Below, in pieces: positions 61,190 to 64,000 of a DNA stretch of 64,000 nt. The stretch is from an uncultured bacterium (GTDB lineage: Bacteria; Omnitrophota; Gorgyraeia; Zapsychrales; Aceulaceae). A model generated the notes under the pieces. The model saw nothing but the letters and a program-made list of their open reading frames with translations, was not told the DNA's origin and ran no database searches. Every line of letters starts with the position of its first letter. Within the stretch, counting starts at the first letter, position 1. The stretch is taken from positions 139,764-203,763 of the forward strand of contig CALGLP010000013.1 in assembly GCA_937930175.1 (NCBI GenBank), given 5' to 3'. The position numbers were made by a program, and so were the translations under genes.

Positions 61190-61848
61190 TGAGCGATGAT
61201 AAAATAAAACAAAATGATGAAGTGACCCCTGTTAAGGCGAGCGAACCGAAGATCGTAGCTGATATGCCTGTAGCTGAGGCTATTGATCCTAAAACTGGTC
61301 AGCCTTTGAAAGTCGTTGCGGAAGAGGAAGAGTTTCATACCGCTCCGGATCAAAAAAAGAAACGATGGGCTATGAAAGGTGCGCCGATTCGTAAAAAGGA
61401 AGAATCGGAATTCATTGAGAAAGTTATTTCGATTAACCGTGTTACTAAAGTAACCAAGGGTGGCAAGAAGCTGTCCTTTAGCGCTTTGGTTGTTGTTGGA
61501 GACGGGAAAGGAAGAGTCGGTTTTTCTCATGAAAAAGCAAAAGAAGTTTCGATTGCTATTCAGAAATCATTACGTATTGCTAAGCGACAGATGATTCGCA
61601 TTCCTGTGGTTAAGGGAACGATTCCTCATGAAATTATAGGCCGATGCGGTGGAGCTGAGGTTTTACTTAAGCCAGCTTTTGAAGGAACTGGTGTTATTGC
61701 GGCAGGTCCTGTGCGCGCGATTTGTGATGCGTGCGGCATTCATAATGTTTTAAGCAAATCCCATCGTTCGAATAATCCGATTAATGTGATTAAGGCGACC
61801 ATTGATGGATTGACGCATTTAAAATCAGCCCCTGGGATAGGAGAATAA
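61189..61848 (+). CDS. rpsE: 30S ribosomal protein S5 with ~55-aa N-terminal extension
   Basis: The uS5 core runs from ~aa 60 ([47 protein letters not shown]...). The N-terminal extension is acidic/low-complexity ([34 protein letters not shown]...). Confidence 0.9.
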   Translation: MSDDKIKQNDEVTPVKASEPKIVADMPVAEAIDPKTGQPLKVVAEEEEFHTAPDQKKKRWAMKGAPIRKKEESEFIEKVISINRVTKVTKGGKKLSFSALVVVGDGKGRVGFSHEKAKEVSIAIQKSLRIAKRQMIRIPVVKGTIPHEIIGRCGGAEVLLKPAFEGTGVIAAGPVRAICDACGIHNVLSKSHRSNNPINVIKATIDGLTHLKSAPGIGE

Positions 61849-61852
61849 CGCG

Positions 61853-62299
61853 ATGTTTTTACATGAACTTAAAGCTCCTCAAGGATCACATAAATATAAG
61901 AAGCCTGTTGGCCGAGGCCAGGGTTCAGGGAGTGGAAAAACTTCAGGTCGTGGAAGTAAGGGGCAAAAATCTCGTGCTGGACGTGCGATTTTGCATGGTC
62001 TTGAAGGTGGTCAGATGCCGCTTATTCGACGCTTGCCAAAGTTTGGTTTCCGTCGACGCAATCCTACGGTTCGCCAAATTGTTAACTTGGATGACCTTGC
62101 TGTGTTTAAAGATAAGGATGTCGTGACGCTGGATCTTTTACGTTCTAAAGGTTTGATTAAGAGCTTGAACAAGGCTGTTAAGATCTTAGGAACTGGTGAA
62201 ATCAAGAAAGTATTAACGGTGCAAGCCCATAGTTTTTCAAAATCCGCGGAAGAGAAAATCAAGCAGGCTGGCGGAAAAATCGAAATTTTAACATCATAA
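61853..62299 (+). CDS. rplO: 50S ribosomal protein L15
   Basis: It shows the uL15 family (Gly/Arg-rich N-terminus GRGQGSGSGKTSGRGSKGQKSRAG). It directly follows rpsE, with no rpmD between. Confidence 0.9.
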   Translation: MFLHELKAPQGSHKYKKPVGRGQGSGSGKTSGRGSKGQKSRAGRAILHGLEGGQMPLIRRLPKFGFRRRNPTVRQIVNLDDLAVFKDKDVVTLDLLRSKGLIKSLNKAVKILGTGEIKKVLTVQAHSFSKSAEEKIKQAGGKIEILTS

Positions 62300-62317
62300 T
62301 AGAAGAAAAAAGAGATA

Positions 62318-63667
62318 ATGCTGCAGGCCTTTGCCAATTGTTTTAGAATACCAGAATTAAAGAAGAAAATCCTTTTTACGCTAGGGATTATTGTTTTTTA
62401 TCGTCTGGGTTGTCATATCCCGACACCTGGCGTTAATGGCGCAGTTTTAGCTGAATTTTTTCGACGTATTAATGAATCTTCTGGTGGTGGAACGATCTTT
62501 GGCATGATGAATATGTTTTCTGGAGGCGCGCTTGAGCACATGACCGTCTTTTCGTTAGGGATTATGCCTTATATCTCAAGCTCTATTATTATGCAGCTTT
62601 TGACTGCGGTTATTCCTGCCCTCGAAAAGCTTTCTAAAGAAGGTCAGGCAGGGTATCAAAAAATTAATCAATACACGCGCTATGGAACTGTGGGTTTGTG
62701 TATGATTCAGTCTTTTTTTATTGCTCTTTGGCTTGAGAGTCCTCAAGCGTTTCAGGGTTTGCAGGTTGTGAATAATCCTGGAATGATGTTTCGCCTGACA
62801 ACTGTCTTTACATTATCCTGCGGAACGGTTCTCTTGATGTGGTTGGGTGAACAAATTCAAGAGCGAGGCATTGGTCAGGGGATATCGCTTATTATTACGG
62901 CAGGTATTTTGTCTCGCGCGCCAAGTGCGGTCCAGGCATTAATGGTTTTACTTTCACCTAAAACAGCCTCGATGCGTCAAATTCAGCCTTTTACGTTGTT
63001 AATCATGGTTGTCTTTTTGATCGGCGTTATTCTTTCCATTACCTTGATCACTCAGGGACAGCGACGCATTCCTGTGCAGTATGCGCGACGTATCGTGGGG
63101 CGAAAAGTGTATGGTGGTCAAAGTACGTATATCCCCCTTAAGGTTGATACCGCGGGTATCATCGCAATTATTTTCGCGCAATCCATTTTGATGTTCCCGG
63201 CTACGTTGGCGAGTTTTATTCCACAACAAGGGTTGCAAAGCTTTGCAAATTTCTTCTTGCGTGGTCATTGGGCTTACTATACCCTTTATGGATTATTGAT
63301 TATTTTCTTTTGTTATTTTTATACCGCGATTGTTTTCAATCCTGTCGATGTTGCAGAAAATATGAAAAAACACGGCGGTTTTATACCGGGCGTTCGTCCA
63401 GGGGTTCCTACAGCGGAGTTTCTCGATTTTGTAATGACGCGTATTACGCTTGCCGGGGCGGTCTTTATGTGTGCGATTGCGGTTATGCCTGACGCAATTA
63501 TGTCCGCGTTTAAGGTTCCTTATCTTGTGGCGTCGTTTTTTGGTGGTACGAGCGTTTTGATCGCTGTTGGTGTTATGCTTGATACCGTTAAGCAAATGGA
63601 ATCGCAGCTCTTGATGCGACATTACGATGGATTTATGAAGTCAGGGCATGTTCGGGGTCGACGATGA
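62318..63667 (+). CDS. secY: Protein translocase subunit SecY
   Basis: It has 10 TM segments and carries the SecY signature (LGIMPYISSSIIMQLL...) with a length of 449 aa. Confidence 0.95.
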   Translation: MLQAFANCFRIPELKKKILFTLGIIVFYRLGCHIPTPGVNGAVLAEFFRRINESSGGGTIFGMMNMFSGGALEHMTVFSLGIMPYISSSIIMQLLTAVIPALEKLSKEGQAGYQKINQYTRYGTVGLCMIQSFFIALWLESPQAFQGLQVVNNPGMMFRLTTVFTLSCGTVLLMWLGEQIQERGIGQGISLIITAGILSRAPSAVQALMVLLSPKTASMRQIQPFTLLIMVVFLIGVILSITLITQGQRRIPVQYARRIVGRKVYGGQSTYIPLKVDTAGIIAIIFAQSILMFPATLASFIPQQGLQSFANFFLRGHWAYYTLYGLLIIFFCYFYTAIVFNPVDVAENMKKHGGFIPGVRPGVPTAEFLDFVMTRITLAGAVFMCAIAVMPDAIMSAFKVPYLVASFFGGTSVLIAVGVMLDTVKQMESQLLMRHYDGFMKSGHVRGRR

Positions 63668-64000
63668 GATTGATCTTGTTGGGTGCTCCGGGAGCTGGAA
63701 AGGGAACGCAGGCAAAACTTCTGGAGAAGCAGCTGAATGTTGCGCATATTTCCATGGGCGATATTTTACGCGAGGAAATGAAAAATAATAGCCTCCTCGG
63801 CCAAGAAGTCAAGCGTTACGTGGAAAGTGGCGGTCTTGTCCCAGATGAGGTTGTCACCAAGATCATTGAAAATAAATTTAAAAGTAGTACGATTGCAAAC
63901 ACGGGATATTTGCTTGATGGATTTCCGCGAACTGTCAAGCAAGCGCAGGATCTCGATGTGATTTTGAAGAAGATCGCGCAGCCTGTTGATTATGTTGTTT
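63664..64000 (+). CDS. adk: Adenylate kinase (3'-truncated by window edge)
   Basis: MRLILLGAPGAGKGTQA is the P-loop of Adk. Its start overlaps the secY stop, and the ORF runs off the window end. Confidence 0.9.
   Translation, partial: MRLILLGAPGAGKGTQAKLLEKQLNVAHISMGDILREEMKNNSLLGQEVKRYVESGGLVPDEVVTKIIENKFKSSTIANTGYLLDGFPRTVKQAQDLDVILKKIAQPVDYVV

Noticed and set aside
61848-61853. Absence of rpmD (bL30) between rpsE and rplO, and of rpmJ/infA after secY
   Set aside because: Loss or relocation of bL30 and the placement of adk directly after secY are common in many bacterial lineages. This is not remarkable by itself.
1-64000. Scanned for CRISPR arrays, IS elements, integrases, tRNA-adjacent islands and phage-like genes
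   Set aside because: No repeat-spacer periodicity, no transposase/integrase motifs and no direct repeats flanking the tRNAs. The tRNAs are embedded in a conserved operon. The window appears to be purely core genome.

Overview
This is a core chromosomal segment from a bacterium with a compact genome. I recognise about 80 features, and every one of them lies on the + strand. From 5' to 3' the window holds: the 3' part of an FG-GAP repeat surface protein with a clean terminator; a run of housekeeping genes (yggS, proC, mtnP, ileS, a DksA/TraR-like zinc finger, lspA, lgt, rluD); an uncharacterised membrane-anchored coiled-coil protein; aroA; the mreB-mreC-mreD-mrdA-rodA cell-shape operon behind a near-consensus sigma70 promoter; and an essentially complete type IV pilus (T4P) locus. 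The T4P locus consists of a stand-alone MshEN/GspE-N domain protein, two tandem PilB/GspE-type ATPases, pilC, a secreted coiled-coil protein, pilA with its own strong promoter, long leader and terminator, and pilMNOPQ. After that come rng, rplU-obg (without rpmA), proB-proA, nadD, a phosphohexomutase, plsC, rpsA and tyrS. The window ends in a very compressed translation/transcription superoperon that runs off the 3' edge: tRNA-Thr, rpmG, tRNA-Trp, secE-nusG-rplKAJL-rpoBC-rpsLG-fusA-tuf, then the S10, spc and alpha operons through secY and adk. I see no CRISPR array, transposase, integrase, phage genes or obvious defence genes. The most unusual content is the architecture of the T4P locus (a candidate c-di-GMP receptor module, duplicated extension-type ATPases and an embedded secreted coiled-coil protein) and several quirks of the ribosomal superoperon: a 59-nt out-of-frame rpoC/rpsL overlap, Zn-ribbon forms of uL24, bL33 and uS14, a missing rpmA, and an N-terminally extended uS5. 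All calls rest on motif recognition by eye; no database search was run.
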